Shown here: positions 40,526-52,384 of the stretch, piece by piece | Numbering within the stretch: the stretch's first letter is position 1 | Layout: every line of letters begins with the position of its first letter | From: Epiperipatus broadwayi | Taxonomy: Eukaryota; Animalia; Onychophora | NCBI GenBank assembly: GCA_028023455.1 | Contig: JAQFVV010000006.1 | Span: forward strand, 6,386,001-6,450,000 | DNA: 64,000 bases | Direction: 5' to 3' | The notes under the pieces: model-generated | The model's database searches: none | Told to the model about the DNA's origin: nothing | What the model saw: the letters and a program-made list of their open reading frames with translations, nothing else | Program-made: the position numbers and the translations under genes

Positions 40526-40904
40526 TCTACAATGATTGCAAGGAAGTCTATAAATATTCATTTTCAAATAAAACCTTGTTTCAAAAGCAAATATTTCTAA
40601 TCTTCTATTATCTTTCCACCATTTGAATCCCATTTGTTAGCAAAACTAATCTTTCCACCATTTGAATCCCATTTGTTAGCAAAACTAAAAAATGTAAAAT
40701 AAAAATAAATTTATTTAAATTGTACAATAATTATATACATACTTTCTAAATATTAAAACATCAGCTTATGAAGAAGGTAACATTACTGACTGAGACATAT
40801 ACAGTCAGATATTAAATAGATAAAGAGATAATAGATAAATAGGTGATAGACAAGTATATAGATAAAAAGATAGAGATATATTACAGTTACATATATAGAT
40901 AAAT

Positions 40905-41762
40905 GTGATGTATTATGGCTTCTCCTTAAACGAAGTCAAGAATATCTCAGCAATTATGCCCAGATAAACCTGTTAGCCACTTTATTTTACATTCCCCATT
41001 CTAAATTTACCCATAATCTGCTCTATCCCATTTCCACAACATAATCTTTGTCAACTCTATAACCTTTATATCTAAATTCTGCTTATCTTGTCCCAAACCC
41101 AGCATAAAAACCAATAATTCACTTTCTGTATAATCATATTTATTTTTCCACAACTTCATTATATGTACCCTGTCTGTTTTCAAACATTTACATTCAATTA
41201 ACAAATGCCTAATATTTTCTATTCCTTCCTTACATAATTTACAAAATAAATCACCCATATTTTTCCATTTACATGTATATTCTTTTATAGCTAAAGATCC
41301 CATTCGAACCTTAAACAATAAACTACTTTCCTTACTATTATCATATATTAACTCCCACCTAATATTCTGTTTATTTCTATATATATTTAAACTCTTTTTA
41401 CTCTCCATACTATTTCTCCATCTCTCTAACTCCCTAGTCTTTATTAATAAATTTATTCTTTTATCCCATTCCTTACTACTATAACACTCAATAATCCTCT
41501 TAACGCAATCATCCCATTTTTTGTACAAATATACTAATATAATTCTTTATCCAAATCTTTTTCATACCACATTACCTTTCTCAACCATCTTGTTGCCGGC
41601 CCTTTACTCATAACTCAATTAAATACTATTTTGGCTATTCTTTTACTATCCATAAATTGCAATCTACCAAACATTTTCATTTTACTTTTTGCATCTCTCA
41701 TATGAAAACTTGACCATCCCATTTCTCCTTGAATTGCCTCCCTTATGTTATGTTATGTTATG
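40905..41762 (-). mobile_element. 5'-truncated non-LTR retrotransposon, clade not assigned
   Basis: Minus-strand EAIQGEMGWSSFHMRDAKSK.. leads into ORF 41007-41528, which has YDNSKESSLLFKVR and a C-terminal CKLC..E..RHLLIEC zinc knuckle. (CATAA)4 at the 5' junction. Confidence 0.75.
41007..41528 (-). pseudogene. Non-LTR ORF2 C-terminal fragment with CCHC-type zinc knuckle (173 aa)
   Basis: ORF track; the CxxC-x-E-xxx-HLL-x-C motif is typical of LINE ORF2 C-termini. Confidence 0.7.
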
Positions 41763-42755
41763 TGTAGATGGACGTTCTTTAGGAATCATTTGGAAATAAA
41801 AATAACTATATACTGTACTAATTCTAGAAAAGAAAATAAAAGATAGAAATACAAAAAATAAAAAATTCATAACGGAGAAAATTTAATATTAAAAATTTCA
41901 AAATTAAATCTCATGATTCCCTGCATAATTTAGAATATTTTTCAATACTGTCCAGTATCTATATTCCATTCCTCTCTTTACAGACATTCCTTCCATTTCT
42001 ACCACTTCTCTTGTTAAAACTCTGATAATGGTGTTTTGTGTGTGGTTATACTAGATTGTTTTCTCTTTACATCATATATTCATCAATAGAAATTATGATC
42101 TTAACATGTATAGATGTGTGAAATTTTCTTCAGCAAAGCACATTACCTTTATACCATTCTTTAATATCATTTTTATTTTTATTAACTAACAAATCATTAA
42201 ATTTTTTAATGTGCCTTTCTAAAACCCTTTTTTTTAAATACCATATTTTTCTAAAGCTCCTTATTCTTAACATTACCATTTAAACATTAATGGTATCTGT
42301 TTATATTCTATAGGATTATCCTTTTTATTTGTACCTTATGGAATACCAAAGCCTATTTCCTTAAGATCTTCATTAAAACAAATATATATGGGAAATACCA
42401 TCTAAATCAGATTTGATATTCCAAACTGGAATCTCTTTAAAAAAAGACAAGAGTTCAAATACTAAATTTTTCTCCAAAGTGGTAATTATCATAATCATCA
42501 TCATTAATTCTTATTTCAAATATATTATTTCAGTTGTTTAACCATATATTATGGTGAAAATACTATGAGCAGACTGCAGTTGAAAAAAATGGTGGCATTT
42601 AAGAGCTAACTATTTCTGAATGGAATCGCAGATAAATAAAACAAAATAAACCATCACTTAATTACGTTGCTTCTATATTTCGTATGCAGTTGAAACTGAA
42701 TAATGAAAAATTTACTGCTATTTTTTGACAATTTTTTCATAAATATACATTTTCT

Positions 42756-42858
42756 GTCAAGCGTTAGCCGAGAGGTCATCGCAGCCACCTCACAAGCAAG
42801 TAGTTGGTTGCAGACGGTTGTGGGTTCGCCTTCCGGATGATGCTATGACATATGAAAA
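42756..42858 (+). mobile_element. SINE family 2
   Basis: TAGCCGAGAGGTCA...GGGTTCGCCTTCCGGATGATGCTATGACA. Confidence 0.75.
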
Positions 42859-43029
42859 TATATATATACTTTTTCTGTATAAACTATAATCTCTCCATAT
42901 GTTTGCTACATCCTCATGTTTGCTACATCCTCATGGCAGGCACGAAAGTAATTGATACATAAATTGTATTCCCTGTATTCATGGTTTTACCAATCTTAGT
43001 TACTATTTAAACTAAAATAATAACTATTG

Positions 43030-43475
43030 AATAACTTTATTGCTCGGAGTTCGTAAAAAGTTCAGGGGCTGAAAATACCAGAACTGGAATCTATCCAAGG
43101 ACTTTACGTTCTTGAATCTGATACTCTATCACTGTACTAAACCACACAAGTTGAAATTAGTAATCAAATAGCTTTATTGGTTAATAGTTCAGAGTTCACA
43201 AGGTCCTTGAGTGCCAAAAACACCAGCACTGGTATCAATCTGAAGATCTTATCCAGGGTCTGACCCTTTGCCACTGCACTAAACTATATATGCCAAATAA
43301 TCAAATATGCTTTATTGCTCAGAAGCCCATAAAAAGATTGAAAGTCATAGATTACAGATCTGGAATCAGTCTGAGAATGTTACATTCTGGAGTCCGACAC
43401 TGTATTATTGCAGTAATTCACGTGGGGAAATTGTCAAACGACTTTATTACTTGCGAGTTCGTAAAAAGTTTGAAA
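43030..43475 (-). mobile_element. Cluster of three to four tandem SINE family 1 copies
   Basis: Repeated TTTATTGCTCGGAGTTCGTAAAAAGTT-type tails at about 43035, 43172, 43312 and 43442. Confidence 0.65.
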
Positions 43476-44221
43476 TCTGTTATGTGTGTACAAACGTAAA
43501 TGAAAGTAAGAAAAAATAAAAATAGTATTTATTAAAACATATATTATACATGCAAAATTAAATGTATGTAATTGTATGATGAAGGCATACTAATTAACTA
43601 TAAAGTACTATAGATTAATTAAATAGTATTAAATAAAAGTAAATCCTATACTTAAGATTGGCTATACGAAGAGATAAATCTAAGCTCAGTAAAGAAAGCC
43701 ACTGCAACTATGGAATGTTAGTTCTTGATCAGTTTTGATGATAGTGAAAAGTGATGACTAAAAAAATATACAATTAAAATGTAAATTATCTGATCTCAAG
43801 AATCAAATAAGTGAAGTAGTCATATGGACCACCATGTGGCCAATGATCAAAAGAGACAATGGACTACATCCAGGAAGCATAGGTAGAAGAACAGAGTATA
43901 GATAGACTCAAGGTGAAGTTCCAGGAACACAGACATGCCATCTGACTGGTACTGCAGTCACCTCTCCCTCACCTATGGCATCGTGAAGTTCACCTCTCCC
44001 TCACCTATAGCATCGTGAAGTTCACCTCCGAATGTATCGAAGTAAACTCAAGAATTCATAACAGGTCATATATATCTTCAGTATTATTTCTGTACGCCTT
44101 CTGGTCCATATAATTGTGTTCTATAGCGTATGAATATAAAGTGTGTAACTTAGAAAATTTATAAAATTACTAATAGTTTACAATATTCAAGTCTAACCCT
44201 CTGTTAATAAAACATTACTTT

Positions 44222-44420
44222 CAAACATCACATGATCACCATCTCTATACTAGCACACTCACTGATGATGGCCACAAACCAGAAACTAGTCTGAGGATAT
44301 TGGATGAGTAGGCACTAGATAGGGATTTTATGCACAAGCCTTCTGGCATCCATTGATTACTCTGTTTGGCACAGGATGGCACTACTGTATGGGGAGTTTT
44401 GCCTTTGTTTAAAACATTAA
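44222..44420 (+). mobile_element. Family A element with ~35-bp inverted cap and intact HHR
   Basis: CAAACATCACATGATCACCATCTCTATACTAGCAC cap is joined just upstream of the HHR; the element ends after GAGTTTTGCC. Confidence 0.85.
44258..44295 (+). ncRNA. Minimal type I hammerhead, family A, core intact
   Basis: CTCA-CTGATGA-TGG/CCACAAA/CCA-GAAA-CTAG-TC-TGAG. Confidence 0.8.
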
Positions 44421-44725
44421 CTACTAGCAGTGTCCATTCCATATTATTCAGAGAATTCCTTTTATTATTCGTTTATGCAATCCAGAGGTCAACAGTTTGC
44501 TTCTGGACACAGCAAAAGCCAGAAATGATAGAATTGAAACCGATCTGATAGTCTGTTATATTTTATCAATGAAAGATCTTTTTGTGCCATAGGTAAAACT
44601 ATGATCACAATAAATTTTTAGTATCAGTTCATTATTTTAATAGTGTTCCCTTAAAGTATGAAGATTGGCTATCTTATTATATATCTGAGCACTTATTGCG
44701 TATATGTGTAGAGATTATAATCTGG

Positions 44726-44769
44726 ACCAACTGATGATTGCTGGTTTAGCATGAAATACATATATTGGT
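44726..44769 (+). ncRNA. Family B hammerhead, core intact
   Basis: ACCAA-CTGATGA-T-TGCT/GGTTT/AGCA-T-GAAA-TACATA-TA-TTGGT, with distal stem I ATAATC/GATTAT. Confidence 0.85.
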
Positions 44770-45191
44770 GATTATTTATCTTTTCAACAAATATGTGTTC
44801 AGGTGTATCAGTGATATGAGATAGAGTGGTGAGCGGTGGGTCATGTGAAAGTCTGTGCTCATATACCCTATATATTAAATATATTGATATAGGTATATAA
44901 TAAGCCTGTATTTCAGTAATTACATAGTAGAGATGTCTGCCCACCCCTTGTATATGTATTAAATGGATTATGCCCTGTACATGAGGGATCAGATTGACTT
45001 TAGGTCAATAGGAATGTGACGAGAATCTCGGCCTCGACTTAGCCTTTGAGCATTCCATCATCAGATTTTCAATTGGATGGGTGGTTGAAGAGTTGGAGAG
45101 AATTGAAGCCTGTCCATTAAAGTATAAAGATTGGCTATCTTAATATATATCTGAGCACTTATTGCACATATGTGTAGAGATGATAATCTGG

Positions 45192-45235
45192 ACCAATTGA
45201 TGATTGCTGGTTTAGCATGAAATACGTATATTGGT
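45192..45235 (+). ncRNA. Family B hammerhead with C3U
   Basis: ACCAA-TTGATGA-T-TGCT/GGTTT/AGCA-T-GAAA-TACGTA-TA-TTGGT. Confidence 0.8.
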
Positions 45236-45438
45236 GATTGTTTATCTTTTCGACATATATGTGTTCAAGTGTATCAATGATATGAGATAGTTGTGAGCGG
45301 TCGGTCGTGTGAAAGTCTGTGCTCATATACCCTATATATTACATATATTGATACAGGTATATGATAAGCTTGTATTTCAGTTAATATTGTTCAATGTTAT
45401 ATGATTTTTTTATATTACTTTCTTGTAAATGAACACAT

Positions 45439-45542
45439 GTAAACATTGGTGGTCGAGAGGTCAGCGACAGCTGCTTTACAAGCAGTTGTCCCGGGTTAGC
45501 GGGTTCGCTTCCCGGCTGATGCTATGACACATGGGGAAAAAA
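45439..45542 (+). mobile_element. SINE family 2
   Basis: GGTGGTCGAGAGGTCAGCGACAGCTGCTTTACAAGCAGTTGTCCCGGGTTAGCGGGTTCGCTTCCCGGCTGATGCTATGACAC. Confidence 0.85.
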
Positions 45543-46060
45543 GTAAACATTTACAACTCATTCTACCTTTATATAGTTATTCTCAATTCAAGTCCTTAAA
45601 TACAAATTCTAATCTTATAAGCAATAGATAAAACTTCACAGCCTATTCCTTTTTTCACCCATCTTTCCAATTCAATAGTCTTTTTATTTTTTAAAAACAT
45701 TTAATTAAACCTACTTCAGATTACTAGCATAAGTTAAATTTTTCACATCAGTAAAACATTTAATTATTATCTTTTTTATCTTAATTGCAAAGCTTTGCTA
45801 TTATTTCTATTTATTAAAGGAAAAACCAGTTTTAAATAGAAATAATGGAAAAGATTTGGTAAATGGGCATTTATAGTCCAAATAAAAAGACTAACAAAAT
45901 GTAATTAAACGTTTCAGTTAAAAGGAAAAAATAAAATTATATCAGTAATTAAAGTAGACTATTTAAAAAGTTTTTTTTTTAAATAAAAAAAAAGAAACAC
46001 AAAAAGATATCAAAAAAAAGAATGTAATGGAATACAGTGAAATAGCAATGTGCAATGTAT

Positions 46061-47052
46061 CAAACATCACATGATCGCCACTCTTCATGCTTACCCAAGC
46101 TGTTTTTCACAAAGGCAAAACTCTCCATACAGTAGCGCCAATCAGTGCAAGCCAGAATAATCAATAGATGCAAGAAGGTTTGTGCATAAAATCCCTATCT
46201 AGTGCCTACTCATCCAATATCCCCAGACTAGTTTCTAGCTTGTGGTTTTCATCAGTGAGAAGTCTTGGATCTGAGAGTACTGCACCTAGATCTTAGGATC
46301 TAATGCAACCCTTTAGCAGCCATACTTTTTTTTAGCTAACTATAAAGCTTTGAGTCCAAAATGAAAACACAATTATGTTTTTAAGCTAAGCTCATTAGCT
46401 TCTATAGTTGTATAGATCTGAACTAAGCACAGGAACCATACTTTTTGGTGGGTTTGGTTCTTTAATAACCACAGTCCCTATAATCATATTGGGCAGGATT
46501 GGTATTAGACCATCAAACATGACATGATCACCATTATCCTCAGACTAGTTTCTAGCCTGTACCTTGCACTGAGTGACACTACTGTATGGAGAGTTTTGCC
46601 TCTGTGAAAAGCAGCTTGTGTAAGCATAAAGAATGGTGATCATATGATGGTTTAATACCAATCCTTCCCAATAAGGATTATGACTGTGGTTATTAAATAA
46701 ACAAAGACACCAAAAAGTATGAATGCTGAACTGAGTTCAGATCTATACAACTATACAAGCTAATAAGCTTAGCTTGAAAACCTTATTGTGTTTTCATTTT
46801 GGACTCAAAGCTTTATAGTTAGCTAAAAAAGTAAAAGATATCTCTGGAGGGTTGCATTAGATCCTAAGATCTAGTTGCAGTGCTCTCAGATCCAAGGATT
46901 TTCCCTGATGAAAGCTACAAGCTAAAAACTAGTCTGGGGATATTGGATGAGTAGGCACTAGATAGGGATTTTATGCATAAACTTTCCTGCATCCACTGAT
47001 TACTCTGGCTTGCACTGAATGGCACTATTGTATGGAGATTTTTGTCTCTGTG
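46061..47052. mobile_element. Family A ~1-kb fold-back (two near-monomer arms in opposite orientation)
   Basis: Minus arm 46061-~46530 has the terminus motif at 46061 and 46514 and an HHR at 46221-46259. Plus arm ~46560-47052 has an HHR with CTGATGA at 46905 and G12A. Confidence 0.88.
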
Positions 47053-48340
47053 TGCACTGTATAAATATACAAAATTCAATTATATGCTACACATAAGCAA
47101 AAAACTATAATTCATAAATAATATTATATGACATTTTCTGGCTTGAGCACCATACTCAATCACATTGAGTTACATTAAAAGCACATATAGCTTAACCTGC
47201 ACTTTTTTTTGTACTTACAGATAATCCCTGAATCCAAGATTGGCAGCAATGTTTTTTTTAATTATACATTTTCAGGGGCATAGTTATCCCACAACCCTAA
47301 TAAATATGTGTTACGTGTTAATATTAAAAAATGTCAATAAATTGATTATAAATCCCTATTAGCCTAAAAATAACAATAAATGTATTATAGAATTTATTCA
47401 TAAGATGTAATTAATTAATTTTTGTTAACATAGTATCACATAGAAGTGCTAACAGGTTCATAACATTGTCTTTTTACATTCAGAGTAAGATTGCCATAAT
47501 TTGACCTTCAGCGTGTTTGTTTTTTTTTGAGATCATATTCTCCAAAAGGTGGTGATGCATGCATAAACACGAGATTTGTGGTAATTTTGCAGGCCATTAG
47601 GAATTTCAGCCACTGACATGAATAACCCACATTAATCAATTTTGTTCTTAAAAAAATCCATGTAAAAATTATATTTACTGCAATTTGAATTATGAAATTT
47701 ATTTTTTATTTAAAATTTAATACTGTAATTTTGTGTTATTTTCATGAATGCAATTTATAATAAATATATTTATTGCTATTTTTTAACATTAACAGAAATT
47801 TGTAGTCAATTTATTGATGTTTTTTAATATTAACAAGTTAAATATATTCGTTAGAATTATGGAAAAATTATGCCCCTGAAAATGTATAATTAAAAAAAAC
47901 ATGGCTGCCAACCTTGGGTTCTAGGATTATCTATAAATATGCTTTTTTTCTTATCATTTTCAAATTTTAATGTAGTACAGTATTTCATGTAATAAAATGT
48001 TTTCTAAGCATATTACTAAAAATTAAATGATAAAATGAAAGTAATTGATTTAGTATAGGCAGAAAAAAAATGGTAAGATGTTTGTCTATCATTTCAGAAA
48101 ACTTACAAGTTTGTAGATTTATCTGAGAATCTAAAATAAGTAATGGAAAATAGTGGTGGATGTATGAATTCTGAAGTTAATACAAACTTAAAAATATCAA
48201 AACAATTACAAAGGTCATAGTTTTATGTTTCCATAGAGAAAGAGTTTCTCAAGGAAAAAAATATCCAGATTGTACATAATAACAAAAACAAAATTAACAC
48301 TTCACTATTCACTGTAATTAAAAAAAATAGAGTACAGTAA

Positions 48341-48683
48341 GATTTAAATGTGATATGTTGGACTACTTCCATCATCTATGAGTGAATGTTGAATGTATAG
48401 AAAATTTTAAACTTTATTTGAACTTTCCAAATACACACAACTTGATAGTAATAACACACAAATAGCCAATACAGGTTAGTAATTATGCAACATTTCAAGT
48501 AGTATTATTCTCCATTCTTCTTCAGGTGTTGCTGGCCTGATATGCGCAGTGACAGTATTTGCATAGAAGTTGAACTCGGTGTTGATGGCCTATATATGCA
48601 CAGAGACAATATTCAATTAGAAATTGAATTGGCACCTTTAGATTCTCGAATATCAAATTTAAGGCAAATGCTCTAACCAACTG
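48341..48683 (-). mobile_element. Family C HHR-bearing element
   Basis: Homologous to the arms at 53902-54493 and 58637-59131. HHR at 48485-48529: ACAC-CTGAAGA-AGAATGGAGAATAATACTACTT-GAAA-TG-TT-GCAT. Confidence 0.8.
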
Positions 48684-49489
48684 ATAAATGAATACATACA
48701 CAGAAAATATATATGCCAATATGCTCATTCAATTTATTATTAATAAATAATAATTATTTTTTAATTTGTTTATATAGGAACGTTATACACAGAAAAGTGC
48801 ATGCATTATTAAGTAATAAAAAGAGATAAATAAAAAAAGAAATGACAAGAAATAACAAAACATATATAATGTGATGTATTAGATTAAAATATATATTTAA
48901 GAAATAGTCAAGCTAAAAAAGGCATTAGGTGAAGTAGATTCAAATTAACTGTATAAAAGTAATTTGAATAGTAAATATTTATTTTTAGTTGTGTGAATGA
49001 ATTTAATTATTATTATTGTAATTTAAATAATTGATAATATTAATTATCTAATAAAAAATTATAAGTAATTGTAGATTTATAAATGTTTGGAGAATTGTTC
49101 ATTAATAGCAATGTATAACTACAATTTTAATTGATCATTAATACAATATAAGTACAATTTTATAAACTTGGAATAATTTATAAATCTATATGTATTTATA
49201 AAAATATACCTTGAAAATGATCATAGGATATGATTGAAATATGATCTGAACTACTTGGGGAATTCACATTAATTTCTGAATAATTTATAAATCTATACAT
49301 ACTTTTAAAAATGGTATTGAAAATGGCCATAGAATATGTTTGAAACACAAATAAAACTGTATGCTGATATATATGGATGGATTGTTTGTCAGAAATTCAC
49401 ATGAGGGTTTGAATATTGGGAGTTGTGATCCACGGAAGTTTAGTTGCCATCCAACTACTATACTATCATGCAAGGCCATGATATATATA

Positions 49490-50300
49490 TACAGTAATTA
49501 AAGCTTTGGAATATCAAAATGTAGACCCTGGATTATGTCAAATTCTGAAAAATATTTATCAAAAATTCATCAGCAATGATTATACAATATGATAACACTA
49601 AGAATATTAATATTCATAAGGATACATTGTGGAAAGATTCATCTCTTCAAAATTTTATACAGAAGCCTTTGGGAGAAATATAGTATTAAGCTAAGCTATG
49701 GAATTAAAATGTATGCAGATTATTTAAATTGTGTAGACTTTGCAAATACTATCATTAGAATTTGCTTGAGAGCTTCAATAAAATAAATGCTAAAAAGATT
49801 TAAATAATATTTAATGGCTTTTCAAGAAATAAGCAATAAAGATTGGGAGTAAACTGGATGAGATAGCAATTATAAACATTTTGATTCTGATTAGTCATAG
49901 AGAGGAAAGCATAGTGAAGATAATTATGTTTACATTAAATTTGAAACAACTTAATATTAAAAGAAAATATGTCTATAGGTTTGAAGATAAAGATGTTTAC
50001 ATTTGATTCTGAGAGATACTTTTTAGAAGAGCAATGTAGAGGCCACAATCATATAGTGAATTATGGAAAAGTATATAGTGTGATTATTAGGTAGAGTTCA
50101 AATATAAAATATACGACAGAGAGAAGACATAAATATCCCTAAAATAAAGCTGGTCTGATCATATCTGTAAAAAAGATGACAAGAAAAACAATTGAATTTA
50201 TTAATTGGATCCAAGAGAGTGTAAGAGACTAGAAATAATAAACAAAAAAGAAACATATATGAGATGGTTGAATGGGAGAAGTCAAGTGAGTGTGCAGATA
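49490..50300 (+). mobile_element. Old, heavily decayed RTE LINE (RT core to 3' region)
   Basis: Broken peptides VIKALEYQNVDP..ILKNIY, GIKMYADYLNCVDFANTI (cf. the G-x-x-I-N-G-E-Y-L-x-x-L-R-F-A-D-D-I RT motif) and SWSDHIC.. follow RTE order. Confidence 0.55.
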
Positions 50301-50949
50301 AAAGAAACTACAGATCAGAGAAACTATATTGGCCTTAATTGAAATAGTGATTACAATATTTTACTACTATTGCAAATTACAATATAGCCTGTACTGTATA
50401 GCAAAATTAAACTGTAATGTATACCACCTCTCACATATAGACAGAAAATGGTGTAAACTTTAAACCGTTTTTCACTTTGTGTGTGTGTGCGTGCGCGTAT
50501 AAATAATGATTCTACAATTTTTCACACGAAGATGCTACATTAAGGTTTTTGTTGATTCTAGCACTCATATTTCCTCCATCATTTTCACATGCCATTAGGA
50601 CAGAAAACCAATCATTCAAAAACTATTATATTAACTTCAATAATATTTTATATGAATTCAGATTAACTTTCAGTTACTCCTTATGGCAGTGAAGTTGAAC
50701 TGTGGTTGTAATGGAAAGAATCATCAGTCACATTATATATCGAAGGTGATTTCTATATAATAAATCTGATTTATGATTAAATATATTTTCACGAATTGTT
50801 CTTTAATAAACCTATTTCTACTTTTAAAACTTTCTATTTATAACTTCTGGGTATAAATAATATCTTTATTTTAAAAATTTTATTTATCTTCCCAATCCCC
50901 TGTAAAACAAAATTGTTAACCCAGTTTCCATAGTCTTAAAATTTTTGTA

Positions 50950-51870
50950 CATTCTAGACACCGTGCAGTCCCGCCCTCCTGAATTCGAATTCATGCAGAG
51001 TGAATGAGGGCTCCAACGTATAACTTTTAAACATTCTCCCGCTATAAGAAATATCTTAAGCTTTTAAAACTAATCGATCGTCATTAATAGCATATAAAAA
51101 CGTATTTTATAATTATAGATGAGTACTATAAATTTATATATATACATTATTACATAACAGACCGTACTCATACATCAACACACGCACACACATATATATA
51201 TAATACGTACGAAGATTTGAATATACACACCAAACACACCAAAATACAAGCATACACACACGTATGTCCAAATATAATATATATCAACGAAATTTATAAT
51301 GAATATACAGTAAAAAGAATACAAGTGAAATATTTAAAGATATATTACGCACACCAGTACTTTTATATATGTATTTACTTGTTCGCATTCATGAATTACG
51401 AACTCCAATTTGACACATGATAAAAGCAAACTCAATTTGTAAATCTTCAACTGTTTTTCTTACTTAATTATTAACTCCATTTTCTTTTTCGAATTTTTTT
51501 TTTTGTTCATAAAAAAAAAAAGAGTAATTTAAAAACATCTCTTCCTGTTAAAAAATAATTTTCAATTATACATATGCTTAAGTTATATATACATAAAAAA
51601 TAAAAGAAAGATATTTATCATCCCCCTACCCTAATACCAATTTCCCACAATGCTCAGCGAACCTCCTCATCTGTTAAGCACATGGTCAATTAATGAAGCA
51701 CTATCGTAGCTAAATTTCAAGTCTGAGATGAAAACGGGCATAAAATGCTTAACTGGCTACAACTGGTCTCTGTAGAAGTTTAATGATAAATATAAGTTCA
51801 CTTCTGTTGATTTGTTTATTGATTCAGCGAGTTCATTCGATGAGCACTTTAGGGGAAGTCGGAAATGAGA
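50950..51870. promoter_or_regulatory. Second CpG-retaining stretch, possible enhancer or promoter
   Basis: Local CpG enrichment and GC-box-like CCCGCCCTCC near 50970. Confidence 0.25.
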
Positions 51871-52303
51871 AAGCATTTATTTGCTCTTAAATCTTTTAAT
51901 ATAATTTTTTCCCAATTAACTTTAATTTCATTTCCTGTCTATTTAATATTAGAACGTATATATGAAGACTACAATAAATGTGTATATATTTTTATCTACA
52001 ACTATATATGCGACAATAGATAATATAAACGCTCAAAACTAAGTATGCATATACAATAATATTCCAATATACTTGTGTATAAGAATATAAACAACAAATT
52101 TATGCTCACTACCCAAGATTCGAGTCCTATCCAGGTGAATCCTAAAAACATTTTTTTTTTTTAAAGTCACAAACAACTAAATGATTTTTCTTTTAGATAG
52201 CTAGCCCATAGTCAATGAACATCTAGTAATGATCAGTAAATGGATATTCAGCTATTATTAGGTATCTGGAAAATCCCAACTTAATCTAGAGTACTAGATG
52301 GGT

Positions 52304-52384
52304 TAGGAAAAGATGGATTGAACTTGGAGAGACCTTCATCCTGCAGTAGATTGATAATGGTTGATGATGATGATGATGATGATG
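52304..52384 (+). mobile_element. 81-bp 3' tip of the RTE LINE with perfect TSD
   Basis: Matches 6710-6778 (GATGGATTGAAC..GAGACCTTCATCCTGCA..TTGATAATGGT(TGA)n). Flanked by ACTAGATGGGT at 52293-52303 and 52385-52395. Confidence 0.9.

Larger units (their letters stand above)
44649..45380 (+). mobile_element. Family B tandem ~1.6-mer (466-bp monomer) with two HHRs
   Basis: Stem I ACCAA at 44726 and 45192. Candidate 12-bp TSD TTAATA(G/T)TGTTC at 44637-44648 and 45381-45392. Confidence 0.9.
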
